NCBI GenBank assembly: GCA_040954595.2
Contig: CM082592.2
Coordinates: forward strand, 3,612,735 to 3,676,734
Length of the DNA: 64,000 bases
Direction of reading: 5' to 3'
Source of the DNA: Balanoglossus misakiensis
Lineage: Eukaryota > Animalia > Hemichordata
Position numbers and translations under genes: made by a program. Below are positions 21,842 through 32,552 of this stretch, piece after piece. The notes under the pieces were generated by a model. The model ran no database searches and was not told the DNA's origin. It saw only the letters and a list, made by a program, of their open reading frames with translations. Each line of letters opens with the position of its first letter. Within the stretch, counting starts at the first letter, position 1.

Positions 21842-22648
21842 ATGGTGGCTGTTTTAAGCTGTAAGATGACTATTCCACCCATCCTTTTCAGTCCACTTCC
21901 AAGGGACGTCGTTGTAGATATGGCGACTGAACCTACGGGCGGTGGTGACATGCCAACATCTGTTGGCGACTTCTCGCGAAGAAACCCACGTGCCAGCGTC
22001 GGTGATAAATTTCCAATGACTTCACGTGTAGGTAAAGGCGTGGCGACTGAACCTACGGGCGGTGGTGACATGCCAATATCTGTTGGCGACTTCTCGCGAA
22101 GAAACCCACGTGCCAGCGTCGGTGATAAATTTCCAATAACTTCACCTGTAGGTAAAGGCGTGGCGACTGAAACTGCGGGCGGCGGAGCAACTTTCAGAGG
22201 TGACATGCCAACAACTGTTGGCGACTTCTCGCGAAGAAACCCACGTGCCAGCGTCGGTGATAAATTTCCAATAACTTCACGTGTAGGTAAAGGCTTTTCG
22301 ACTGAACCTACGGGCGGCGGAGTTCCTTCCAGAGGTGACATGCCGACAACTGAAATGCAGAAGATTGATCCGGGCGTGAAACGCAAAGCAGATGTTGTTG
22401 AAGATAATTATGAGAGCGATACTGACGAAGATAGTGGTATCAGCAGCTACACAGATAGTTCACCGGAGATGGTTGACCTAAGATGCTTCGCACATTTGAA
22501 GAGGGTCTACGGCCATTCTGACACTGGTGAACCGAAAGCAAGTACAAGCCAACATCCTGTAGTGGTCGAATCACCTAAGCGCAAATTTAACACCGTAGGT
22601 GAATGCGACAGAAAGTGCCGTAAGAAGCGAAATAATCCACGAGATTAG
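21842..22648 (+). CDS. low-complexity repeat protein with acidic patch and basic NLS-like tail
   Basis: About 3.5 in-frame repeats of 40-44 aa (VGDFSRRNPRASVGDKFP), YESDTDED, terminal RKCRKKR, AATAAA downstream. Confidence 0.7.
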   Translation: MVAVLSCKMTIPPILFSPLPRDVVVDMATEPTGGGDMPTSVGDFSRRNPRASVGDKFPMTSRVGKGVATEPTGGGDMPISVGDFSRRNPRASVGDKFPITSPVGKGVATETAGGGATFRGDMPTTVGDFSRRNPRASVGDKFPITSRVGKGFSTEPTGGGVPSRGDMPTTEMQKIDPGVKRKADVVEDNYESDTDEDSGISSYTDSSPEMVDLRCFAHLKRVYGHSDTGEPKASTSQHPVVVESPKRKFNTVGECDRKCRKKRNNPRD

Positions 22649-22873
22649 CAAATGTATGTGCACAAACATATATTATGTATTTCAATAAAGATAATGCGTA
22701 AAGAGACCCTCGTGTGTGTATCTCAATAATATGTCCTGTTATAACAGATTGATAATGTATTTAAAAGTACGCTTATGCATGTACCATTATTGATATGATA
22801 TCTAACAACTTTTAAGTGTCGCCAAGTTTGCTAGTATAAGAGAGCTTTACCATACATAAACGTTCGCGTATAA

Positions 22874-23884
22874 GTGTGTTATATGAGAAAAACAATGTAC
22901 CGGGCTATCTCGTCACTTTTGCAAGGCTGCTCAAGGACAAAAGTCAGCGACGTGGCAAAAGTGCCACTGTCAGATAGGTGTGCGGGCAAGGTTCGGAAAA
23001 AACGCCGCAAACCCAAACATGCTACCCATAAGGACCTTGCAACGAAAATAGTAATAGAACAGACTGAAAACGAGGCTGCTCTTTCTAAAAGATACCAGGA
23101 ATTATATGATTTGTATTCTATATCGCTAGAAAAGAGCAAACGTCTAGAAAATGAGGAGATGAGATTGAAACAACAACTAGAACTAATCGGGAACACTCAA
23201 CAACATTGCTGCGAGGGAGGAGAGGATGGGCCCGGTACAGATGCAGCAGGAGGGGATTCGGATTGGATGAAGAGAGTGAACCGTTTACAGCTGTCTTTAA
23301 TTGACCAACAAATGAAAGACAAACACAAAGACGAGGCCATCGGTTCTCTCCGGGAGAAATTGGACGAATTACAACGCGATCTCACTCGTCAACTATCACA
23401 AAATGAATTGTTGCGAGCCGAACTGGAGACCACTTCTAAACGTGAAGCCTTACACAGCAGCGCAATCGATCCGGAAGTATGCTGTATGGACAAGTTGGGA
23501 CATATATTTGCCCACCTGTTTCACGTTGACAAACAAGAGATATTCTCTCGAGAGATAATAAATGGCCGCCAAGTTACCCGGGGAATTTCGGAATGGTTCG
23601 CGTTTCTCATTCACGATGGATTTAGAGACATTAACATGAAATTACGTGAAACGATCGGACCTTTACAGGCTTTTGTACAATGGACTTGCGAATACGGTCT
23701 CGCTTGCGCATTTTGCGAATATCTTAGAGACTTTCAAAAGTATAAAGAAACTCGTTATGAAAAGATGACCGGTAAAGACAGAACTGCGATGGAGAAACAC
23801 AAACGAGCCAGTCACATGAAATTCATTGCCAAAATAACCGAGTGTGTGGTAGCGAACGGAGCACCTTCGACGAAAACGCGCTAA
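22874..23884 (+). CDS. coiled-coil protein
   Basis: 336-aa ORF with heptad-rich segments and a KVRKKRRK basic cluster. Confidence 0.7.
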   Translation: MCYMRKTMYRAISSLLQGCSRTKVSDVAKVPLSDRCAGKVRKKRRKPKHATHKDLATKIVIEQTENEAALSKRYQELYDLYSISLEKSKRLENEEMRLKQQLELIGNTQQHCCEGGEDGPGTDAAGGDSDWMKRVNRLQLSLIDQQMKDKHKDEAIGSLREKLDELQRDLTRQLSQNELLRAELETTSKREALHSSAIDPEVCCMDKLGHIFAHLFHVDKQEIFSREIINGRQVTRGISEWFAFLIHDGFRDINMKLRETIGPLQAFVQWTCEYGLACAFCEYLRDFQKYKETRYEKMTGKDRTAMEKHKRASHMKFIAKITECVVANGAPSTKTR

Positions 23885-23897
23885 TTAAAACTGTTTC

Positions 23898-24117
23898 AAA
23901 TTCGGAATTTGAATGGTGATCATAGTCTAAGAGTTATTCGTCATTCGCACATAATTATGGGATTTCTGAGCTCATCGCTCGTCACATATGAACGTATGAG
24001 GGCGCCATTGCGTGGGCCTCTCTGGCAACGCGACGTGCGATGAGCTCAGAAATCCCATAATTATGTGCGAATGACGAATAACTCTTAGACTATGATCACC
24101 ATTCAAATTCCGAATTT
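23898..24117. repeat. large palindrome, 81-bp perfect arms with 58-bp loop
   Basis: 23898-23978 is the exact reverse complement of 24037-24117. Confidence 0.92.
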
Positions 24118-24744
24118 ACAGCAGAAATTTCAGTGTTCACGTTCAACTTCAGCGTGAAGCAAAAGGCTGATTGTGGAGACCAACCTCTGTGCATGGCAGG
24201 GCTGTGTGTCATACGGCTGATACCTTCACCACAGCCGGCCCTGCTCACTCAAAATACCGGGCAAAGCTGGCGATTCCCGACCGATCTTTGGGCAGTCATT
24301 TCGACTAGAATTTCCGTCTCTGAATCAAAACTCGTGGATCGATAACCGTTACCGAGCACACCTCATCCATACGGGACGACCAAACGCTCCAAAACGCCTC
24401 ACAACTTGTACAACGGCCCCTTTTTGGACTCTATGCGAGAGAAACCACGGCCATCTTGTTATAGCTTGCACACAAGTTCTGCAGTGCATTGTGGGTAAAA
24501 TAATGTTTATCAACAAAGGCTATTTCGGGACGATACCCGCCTTTTAACGGGCACATTGGTGCACATGATGTACAATTTACACTGTTTTAAATTCGACTCT
24601 TACAAGCATCACGAACGAGTAGATAACCAAAAGAAAACCACCGACACCCGTTGCATGTCCAACCATATAAAAACAACATTTTATGTAGCACCGTTAAATT
24701 GATATTGCCTAGCCCGTCGACAGCACCATCTTCATACAGCAGTA

Positions 24745-25059
24745 ATGGATTTATCTTTAGACCAAGCCGAAACCGGCACGTGTAAATTGTGCCTTGTGCG
24801 ATTGAATGGGAAAAAACAGGTCGTAGAGCATCTGAGTGGTAGGCGACATATGACAAAACTTAACATATTTCATAATGGACCGTCTCCTGCAAAATTGATG
24901 TGTTTAACTTGTTTGGTTGAGTTTAACAGTGAAGAGAACGCCAAGCAACACTACCTCGGATCAAAACACAGACAGTTGATGTGCACCGCAGTGAGACTTA
25001 GAAATCAGTTCTGGGAATTGCGAGCTTCCTGCTGTACAATCCCGCCTGTGCTTAAATAG
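24745..25059 (+). CDS. two-finger matrin/U1-type (JAZ/ZNF346-like) zinc-finger protein
   Basis: CKLC...NG...EHLSGRRH and CLTC..FNS...QHYLGSKH fit the C-x2-C-x12-H-x5-H matrin-type finger. Confidence 0.8.
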   Translation: MDLSLDQAETGTCKLCLVRLNGKKQVVEHLSGRRHMTKLNIFHNGPSPAKLMCLTCLVEFNSEENAKQHYLGSKHRQLMCTAVRLRNQFWELRASCCTIPPVLK

Positions 25060-25269
25060 CGCCAAAGTTCGCTCCAAATTCATTTCATTCGCAGTTGTCG
25101 TGCTAGCATAAACATTTATGAGTGCACAAATATAGAACCGTTATATTTGCGGCAGTCTGAAATCGTGTATCATACGAAAATCAATATAGGGCGTACAACA
25201 ATATCGAACCCTGTGAGAAAAGATACAAAAATAGTTCACCGGAGTCCAAGTTTAAACAACAAAGGCAAG

Positions 25270-25557
25270 ATGGATTGCTGTCGGCCAGACCAGAAAATCA
25301 TCACAAACACATGCTGTCAGTGTGGTCACCTGGCGTTGTCACCATGCGAGTGTTTTTGCCAAGTGTGTGATAAATGTACGTGTATCTATCGAGATATCAG
25401 ACATGGTGTTGAAGAAGGCACTCTGTGTACTTGCTGTAAAGAATTACTGTATAACTGGTGTGCGTCCTGTTGGTCACCACTATGTCCACGCCACCGTGAA
25501 TATGCAGAAAATGGTTTATTTTATTGTTGGGCTTGCAGCCAGAAGATACAAATATGA
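25270..25557 (+). CDS. small Cys-rich zinc-binding protein
   Basis: MDCCRP... with repeated CxxC pairs; AATAAA downstream. Confidence 0.55.
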   Translation: MDCCRPDQKIITNTCCQCGHLALSPCECFCQVCDKCTCIYRDIRHGVEEGTLCTCCKELLYNWCASCWSPLCPRHREYAENGLFYCWACSQKIQI

Positions 25558-26239
25558 TCATCGTCTTAAAGTATGAGTAGTATAAATAAACACGACGTAT
25601 CATATATTAAATGTGTAATGTGTTCATATAACTCTCACCAATGAGTCCGCCACAATTACACATCCAACACATTCAATACCCACTGTGTAAACTCGCCGGT
25701 GTTTTGTGTATACGAACGGGTTAAACGTATTAAAGGTAAATGAGCTTAACCTGGATAAAAATATTAAAGTGTTAAATAACCTCATATATGCTTTTAATTA
25801 TGTCTATTAAATGATATTTCATGATAATATATCAAGCTCAACACTTATTTACGACAAAACGGTCAAAACTAAAAGAAAGACTAAAATTCCTGCAATTTTT
25901 TTTAAAAAGGTGCAATATTGCAATGAAAAGGGATTAAGATATAATGTCTCAGCGATGTACATTTGCTTCCATGATCTCTAGTGGATGAGATCATGTCTGT
26001 TTATGAAGTTTGAATATTTAATTATTGCAAACATGTATACCATTGCACCTGCAGAGTGTAGTAGCATTATATACATAGTCAATCAAAGAAAAAAATACGC
26101 CGAATTGGTTAATTTCATATCGCTTGTTTATTTTTATTTGTTTTCTACACACACAAAAAGCACACTCATATTTTGCCAATAACAACTGCTTAGATGAGTT
26201 TCCACAGACCCGTGTTCATTCTATCGCGACGTGCTAAAA

Positions 26240-29200
26240 TTAGTGGTTTAACCGCGCGCGTTTTCTCACAGGTTGCGGGTGTACCTGTTCAGACGTCACC
26301 TTGTCCGATCCCCATCCAAACGCTCTATATTTGTCACGTCTGACAATCACTCTTTCAGCTATCATGCGGTTAAGTTCGGCCAAGAATACAGTCACGCTTT
26401 CACATTTTGTTTCAAGATGCTTGATAGTCGAGTCCGCAACAAGACTCACGTATGCCTTTCTTTTTGACACGTGACCATTTTCGAGGACTATGCGATCCGC
26501 TTCGTGTTCAGCCAACCAGTGCCCTACGACATCACCTCGGATAGCAACAATAGTCGGGTTATCGGAACTCGCGTGTTTGTAAGGATTAGTGCATGAATAT
26601 TGTGGGAGTTGTCCGCCAATTCTATCCACAAAATCGTCCATACTGAGCGTGTCAAACATATACAGAGGATTACTTGCTTGGAACTCCTTTGTCCTATCCA
26701 CATACACAATACTCTTCCGGTCTGTCATGTTGGAGAATATGGTTTTCTCTATGACATTTTTTATGATGGATTCTCTCGAATTGGCTATGAGCCGAACGTC
26801 TATTTTATTGAGGCACAAGAGACTGACATAAGCCTCTGTGGTCGACGTCGTCCCAGAAAAATGTAAACAGCGCATGGAAGTGTCCACGGTTGTCTCCACA
26901 TTATAAAAGTCGGCAGGTAGTACATCTGTCTGGATACAGAAGTAATCATTGATACATTCTTTCTCTAATGCGCATTGTCTGCGGACACGCGCAACTCTTG
27001 GCAATAAATCGTACATAGGGCAGAAAATAGACCAATGAATTGCACTATATCCGGGTTTGTTCAGAGTCCGGACTAGGACTGTCGATCCGTGTGTTTTGCT
27101 TTCTAATGTTCGGAATGCCATTTGCTGCAATAGACGCAAAGTCCCTGGATTGCCAAACGTGATTAACAGGAATCCATCATCAGTAACATTCGGAGACGAC
27201 CCATCAAAACTTCGAAGCGTTTCAAGAACTTTATAATGCAAGTACCTCAAACGCGTTTCGTACAAATCACAGCTTGCCTCCACCCTTATAGAACAATTAG
27301 GCATACTCGTGCCATCTTCCTCACTGGGGTCAAATTGGGCTGACGTGTAATGAAAATTTTCCAAATCCTCCCCAGAACAATCCTTAGTGTGAGCTCTTGA
27401 TGGTGTCAGATAATGCAGAAATGCAATTGCTCTCGAGGCATTATCATTCACCCATAGTTCGACCATACTGTCCGCAACGACTGCGTCTGAGATATCACCT
27501 TGGTCAATGATCGAAAATAGTTTCGAGGACAAAGTTGACATTTTTTCGCTATGCTCGCTGACAAACACTTCGGCCGCGTACGGTGCAAGAAACAATAACC
27601 GTTGACACACCTGTTTACCTCGACTTACATTACGACCGTCGTTACCTCCATCGGTCACTACCTTGTATACTTGCTTACCTTTGAATTTCATGTTGCTCAT
27701 GGACACCAGAGCATCTCTGCATCTCTTATTAGCGAGACCCGTAGTTCGTTCTAATTTTTGGATAAAGATTTCCTCGTTTGTGAAACATAACCGAAAATAA
27801 GTGCAGCCGTTGTCAATTTCTGTATCCTTTGTTGGGTCAATAGCATTCGCATCTGTAACTAGGAATTTGGCTACCATCCGATCCTGTTGCAAAAATTGAT
27901 AATGAATTGAAAATGCCGTAATAACATCCGCTGGGTCTGGCGTCTTTTCTATGCAAACTTCGTCGTGTATCTCGTGCGCCGGGGTTTTGCCGAGATGATC
28001 GACGTGTGCTTTCACTATCTTATCGAATTGCAATTGATCGAACAACTCTTTTCGTTCATTTACTTCTAATGATAGGTTTTGCCAAACCTCGATCGAGGGA
28101 CAACCATAGACTTTAACAATTGCGAATATTTCTGCCAAGACGATCGCCATTTCGAAAATTCTACCTCTACTTCTCATGTCATTTCTTAGGCCATAGAGAA
28201 TACCCAAATCTTCGCATACATCAGCTAATCTATTCCAAGTTACGATCATCGCCCTGTAGTCTATCGGGTGTTCGTTTAAGGTCCTCCGTGGAAATAACCC
28301 TACCTCTTCGATACGAGCATTCTCCATAATGAGGTGCCGTATTGCCCCATAGAGTTGCGGGATACACAACTCTTCTACTTTGAATTCTAGAGTATCCGCC
28401 TCGGAGGGGACTACGGTCGCGTTATGTTGTGGCACATCAAAAGTGACCATCCGACTGTCTAGTGACTGACAAATGTTTTTTTCGTTGGCCGCCATAAAGA
28501 CTGCATAGTCGCAGATGTTATTCGTTTCTACGTTGATGTGTGAGGTGTGCCCTGTAACGGGATTGGTGACAGACTCAACTCTCATGGAACGCGTAATACC
28601 AGAGTCTAACTGTTCTTTCATCGTGGCACTCTCGGCCGATTGTTCAGATAAGAGGGGATTGTTTCGATCATTCGAGGAGCCAACCACAAACTCAGGATTG
28701 AAGCATACCTTTTTGGACAAATCTCTACTTTGCGGTACAAGGCATGACTTTTTCGAGCGGTAATTGATCACAAAAGAGTAATCCTTTCCGATTATTGCCT
28801 GTGCTACAGCCATAAGCCTCGACTTACCGGCGCCAGGTGGACCGAGAAACAGCCCATGAAATGACATGGACTTGTGAGGTTTAAGTTGCTTAATTCCAGA
28901 CAGTAATATGTATAGTACTTCGACGATTGTATGGCGCGTGCCAGTTGCGGTGGAAATCAACTGCAAGAAATTGAATAGGAACTGATATCCAATGTTTAAA
29001 GAGCGATCTCGATCGTATATGATGGGTATCCATTTTCCTGTCTTTTTAGATGACATGGCATTGAGACATCGCGACGCAAAGCCAGAAGTGGGATCGAACC
29101 ATTTGACGCTATCCCTATACGAATTTTGGATGGCCTCGGCGATTTGTAATCGACCTGACTGATGGAGACTCATGTATATTGCGTAGTAGGACGATTTGAG

Positions 29201-30535
29201 TCTTTCTTGCGAGTACGATTCCGGGGTACATCCTAAGGATTCCAAGACTGTTTTTACAGTGACGATGCCATTATTTTTGACTCTATATGCAGTATCTGAA
29301 AACTGATCGTTCAAATTGTCGGGCGTTACTGCGTAAAGATGCGTGATCGATTTGGATTCTTTCGTTTCGTTGTCTGTCATGCTAGCAACAAGTGCCTGCG
29401 TAGAACGGAAAGGTCTGAGAGAGGGGAAGTAATGTTCCAAAAAATATGTGGGTTGCCACATCTCAACGCCCAATTCCCATGTAGGAAATTGTAACATTTC
29501 TTTGGCTGCCTGCCAATGTGGGTGTATCTTCAACCGCACATCCATATCGTCGGCTGGCGTGTCATATTCCTCTTCGTCGCTGTCACAACCATTTCCGTCT
29601 ATTAACAACCGTAGGCGCGCGTCTGCTTGACAATCACTTTCTACCCGTAGTTGAGTGACCAACTGTGCTATGTCTCTGTTTCGCCCAAACCGACGCGTTG
29701 AATAATTCAGAAGGTAATCGGGAGACAGCAATTGTTCTCTCCGTGCCCACGCAGACGTTGTGTCGGTTTCACGCAATTTGCTGGTCATCTCCGATATGCT
29801 GTTCAAATTTTCGTCGGTGAACCTGAAAAAATGATAGAGCTCAATGGCTTTGTCAAAGTCACTCAGGCGATAGATTTTCGGCATCTTCTTGGCTGCTTCT
29901 GAAATATCTCTTACTTTAGTCAATCGCTTAGTACCTGACCCTGTCTCCATATCAAATAAAGCCATACACAACGGATCTTGTGTCATCTTTTTGCATACCA
30001 TGTCTTTCATGTCATCATACTCGAAAGGGTTCATATCACAGTCCTCGACACTTTCGTGCTTACTTTGCTGTTTAATATAGAATGGTTGTATATCCAATGG
30101 AATAAAGTCAGACTGTAGCATCTGATGATACATCCGATAAGAATTGGATATCATCAACATATCCTCCACTACACAACGCAATGTTCCCCCTTTCTGATTG
30201 GCGTGAATATCTTCATAGACTAACCAGAAAATATAACTATAAGGGTCTAAATTATTCACCACCACTCCAGTTCCGCAGATATCAACGATTGAACACGCGA
30301 TAAACGCTTTTCCACCGAGACACTTTACGTGGTTTCCGATACGAAATAACGTCTGAAGTAGTGTATATATATACGGATTACAACCAAGGAGTGATTTATT
30401 GGGGCATTCCAAATCAGCCAGTTCTACAACTAGGCACTTTGTTGAGATCCCAATCCATTTTGTCCACTCCAGTTGTTCAGGTTTCTTGATCAACCGAGTC
30501 GGCCGTATTTCACAGGGCAATAGCCTCTTTTCCAT
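26240..30535 (-). CDS. large AAA+ ATPase, MCM-like putative replicative helicase (1431 aa)
   Basis: Walker A LFLGPPGAGKS; Walker B-like VCFNPEF; MKEQLDSG followed by a hairpin insert; sensor-1 FMAAN; arginine finger LDSRM. Order parallels MCM motifs; divergent from the primase. Confidence 0.7.
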   Translation of the reverse strand: MEKRLLPCEIRPTRLIKKPEQLEWTKWIGISTKCLVVELADLECPNKSLLGCNPYIYTLLQTLFRIGNHVKCLGGKAFIACSIVDICGTGVVVNNLDPYSYIFWLVYEDIHANQKGGTLRCVVEDMLMISNSYRMYHQMLQSDFIPLDIQPFYIKQQSKHESVEDCDMNPFEYDDMKDMVCKKMTQDPLCMALFDMETGSGTKRLTKVRDISEAAKKMPKIYRLSDFDKAIELYHFFRFTDENLNSISEMTSKLRETDTTSAWARREQLLSPDYLLNYSTRRFGRNRDIAQLVTQLRVESDCQADARLRLLIDGNGCDSDEEEYDTPADDMDVRLKIHPHWQAAKEMLQFPTWELGVEMWQPTYFLEHYFPSLRPFRSTQALVASMTDNETKESKSITHLYAVTPDNLNDQFSDTAYRVKNNGIVTVKTVLESLGCTPESYSQERLKSSYYAIYMSLHQSGRLQIAEAIQNSYRDSVKWFDPTSGFASRCLNAMSSKKTGKWIPIIYDRDRSLNIGYQFLFNFLQLISTATGTRHTIVEVLYILLSGIKQLKPHKSMSFHGLFLGPPGAGKSRLMAVAQAIIGKDYSFVINYRSKKSCLVPQSRDLSKKVCFNPEFVVGSSNDRNNPLLSEQSAESATMKEQLDSGITRSMRVESVTNPVTGHTSHINVETNNICDYAVFMAANEKNICQSLDSRMVTFDVPQHNATVVPSEADTLEFKVEELCIPQLYGAIRHLIMENARIEEVGLFPRRTLNEHPIDYRAMIVTWNRLADVCEDLGILYGLRNDMRSRGRIFEMAIVLAEIFAIVKVYGCPSIEVWQNLSLEVNERKELFDQLQFDKIVKAHVDHLGKTPAHEIHDEVCIEKTPDPADVITAFSIHYQFLQQDRMVAKFLVTDANAIDPTKDTEIDNGCTYFRLCFTNEEIFIQKLERTTGLANKRCRDALVSMSNMKFKGKQVYKVVTDGGNDGRNVSRGKQVCQRLLFLAPYAAEVFVSEHSEKMSTLSSKLFSIIDQGDISDAVVADSMVELWVNDNASRAIAFLHYLTPSRAHTKDCSGEDLENFHYTSAQFDPSEEDGTSMPNCSIRVEASCDLYETRLRYLHYKVLETLRSFDGSSPNVTDDGFLLITFGNPGTLRLLQQMAFRTLESKTHGSTVLVRTLNKPGYSAIHWSIFCPMYDLLPRVARVRRQCALEKECINDYFCIQTDVLPADFYNVETTVDTSMRCLHFSGTTSTTEAYVSLLCLNKIDVRLIANSRESIIKNVIEKTIFSNMTDRKSIVYVDRTKEFQASNPLYMFDTLSMDDFVDRIGGQLPQYSCTNPYKHASSDNPTIVAIRGDVVGHWLAEHEADRIVLENGHVSKRKAYVSLVADSTIKHLETKCESVTVFLAELNRMIAERVIVRRDKYRAFGWGSDKVTSEQVHPQPVRKRARLNH

Positions 30536-30647
30536 GCTGATGAGCGATTGTCACTTGACTATTGGTGAACAAACATTTATAATCGATCAAGGAAATGGCG
30601 CGGTAAATAACCATACACATTCGTCTTTTGTTTGCGTCTGCTAAGTC
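30536..30647. promoter_or_regulatory. putative bidirectional promoter between helicase and primase
   Basis: 112-bp gap between divergent ATGs containing TTTATAA and ATTGG (CCAAT on the minus strand). Confidence 0.4.
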
Positions 30648-32102
30648 ATGGCATGGACAAAAACTCTGGCAACGTCTGTGTATACGCCAATCGAGTGCTC
30701 TGACCCAGTACAAATCAACGAGTTTCAGTTTAATGGGCGGGCCACTAGACAAAAAGTCAGGTATATGAACTCATGTAATGTACAGCTGCGAGAACGTGCC
30801 CCAAAACAATTGGAATTTGCCCAGAGTTATGCCTTGATGGAACCCCCACCTACATCGAGTAATTTGGGGGATTGGTTATGCCTAGGTCTGGATACACCGC
30901 GAGAGATTATGATTGTAGCTTCTTCGGTGGCACCTTCGTCAGATAGTGCCTCCAGCGCAAGACAGTATACTCTGTTTACGACGTCGGAATTGGATAGCGC
31001 GGTTCATCTACAATTATTTCCTGACTATAGTGAAGTATTTAATTCGAAACTGGTTGTTACATGCATCCCAATCGATGTTGACTCTGACACGAATCGTGGT
31101 GAAAATGTATTAAAGTCTATGCTTTCATACGTAAGACTGTTTATGCAACAGGAAATGAAGCAGATAAGTCGAGAGAGTCTACCGAACCTAAGTGATTGGC
31201 CTATGTATGTGTACATGAGCGACACAACCGACAAACTGTCTCTTCATTTATACCAACATCTTCCTTGTAATATAGTCTTTGCTAATATATCTGAAGTTAA
31301 GACATTTATTGACAACGTAAAAAGGCGCATCGCTGATCACAGCCAAGCGCGTAGTATTCTTGGAGAAGAGTACATACAGTACCAGGGTGAAAAATGCATC
31401 CGAAACATTCACACAGGTAAATTTGAACGGGGTGGCGAAACATCCATACACACAGTCCCCTTTGGTACTCGAGTGTATTATCAGGAATTTATTGACAGTG
31501 GTATATACTGCCCGAACAAAAGCCTTCGACTGCCGTTTTGTTACAAGAAAAACACGGCTGGAGATGACCCTCACAAGCGACTAATGCCCTTGACTGTTTT
31601 GTGCAATATACACAGCAATGTCCGCCAAGATCAGGTTTACAAGGTCACTACAGCCCTGGTCCACTATCCACACGATACAAGTGCATTAGCGGGCGCGAAT
31701 GATCTGTCTGAACTTAAGTATACAACGACTTCGTGGCAAAAGGAAGGAGTATGGGTCCCCAGCAACATACACATTAGTGTAGAAGAAGAAAGAACATTAG
31801 TTCATCAAATCATTTCGTTTTTACGGAAGGAATTTTCACTGAACATACATACCTGGACAGCTCATTTCAAGTCGGGAAGATATCTCTATTTTGATACCAA
31901 CAACACATTCTGTCCTCGGGTGAACTACTCTCACAAACAAGCTAAACAGTATTTTAAATGGGATCACTGCACACAAACGCTGACTCAACAGTGTTGGGCA
32001 TCCAAATGTGAAAATATACCATTAATAGGCGACGTTTGTAAAAAGTTTACAGTGCGAACAAGAGATACACCTTCTCGCAGGAAACGAAAACTAGCACCAT
32101 AG
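30648..32102 (+). CDS. archaeo-eukaryotic primase (UL52/PrimPol-type)
   Basis: Motif I IDVD, motif II KLSLHLY, motif III IDSGIY...SLRLPFCYK, and a C-terminal C..H..C..C zinc finger (CPRVNYSH...QQCWASKC). Confidence 0.9.
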   Translation: MAWTKTLATSVYTPIECSDPVQINEFQFNGRATRQKVRYMNSCNVQLRERAPKQLEFAQSYALMEPPPTSSNLGDWLCLGLDTPREIMIVASSVAPSSDSASSARQYTLFTTSELDSAVHLQLFPDYSEVFNSKLVVTCIPIDVDSDTNRGENVLKSMLSYVRLFMQQEMKQISRESLPNLSDWPMYVYMSDTTDKLSLHLYQHLPCNIVFANISEVKTFIDNVKRRIADHSQARSILGEEYIQYQGEKCIRNIHTGKFERGGETSIHTVPFGTRVYYQEFIDSGIYCPNKSLRLPFCYKKNTAGDDPHKRLMPLTVLCNIHSNVRQDQVYKVTTALVHYPHDTSALAGANDLSELKYTTTSWQKEGVWVPSNIHISVEEERTLVHQIISFLRKEFSLNIHTWTAHFKSGRYLYFDTNNTFCPRVNYSHKQAKQYFKWDHCTQTLTQQCWASKCENIPLIGDVCKKFTVRTRDTPSRRKRKLAP

Positions 32103-32545
32103 GCGACGTTTGTAAAAAGTTTACAGTGCGAACAAGAGATACACCTTCTCGCAGGAAACGAAAACTCGCACCATAGGCGACGTTTGTAAAAAGTTTACAG
32201 TGCGAACAAGAGATACACCTTCTCGCAGGAAACGAAAACTCGCACCATAGGCGACGTTTGTAAAAAGTTTACAGTGCGAACAAGAGATACACCTTCTCGC
32301 AGGAAACGAAAACTCGCACCATAGGCGACGTTTGTAAAAAGTTTACAGTGCGAACAAGAGATACACCTTCTCGCAGGAAACGAAAACTAGCACCATAGGC
32401 GACGTTTGTAAAAAGTTTACAGTGCGAACAAGAGATACACCTTCTCGCAGGAAACGAAAACTAGCACCATAGGCGACGTTTGTAAAAAGTTTACAGTGCG
32501 AACAAGAGATACACCTTCTCGCAGGAAACGAAAACTAGCACCATA
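32025..32545. repeat. tandem array, 74-bp unit x7 (primase 3' end)
   Basis: Units start at 32025, 32099, 32173, 32247, 32321, 32395 and 32469; one A/C variant position. Confidence 0.95.
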
Positions 32546-32552
32546 TATATAT

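Noticed and set aside
21832-22386. 184-aa minus-strand ORF
   Set aside because: Antisense shadow of the repeat protein; the plus-strand ORF has an ATG start and a poly(A) signal.
32025-32545. CRISPR-like array
   Set aside because: Units are contiguous with no unique spacers, no cas genes are present, and the context is a eukaryotic virus.
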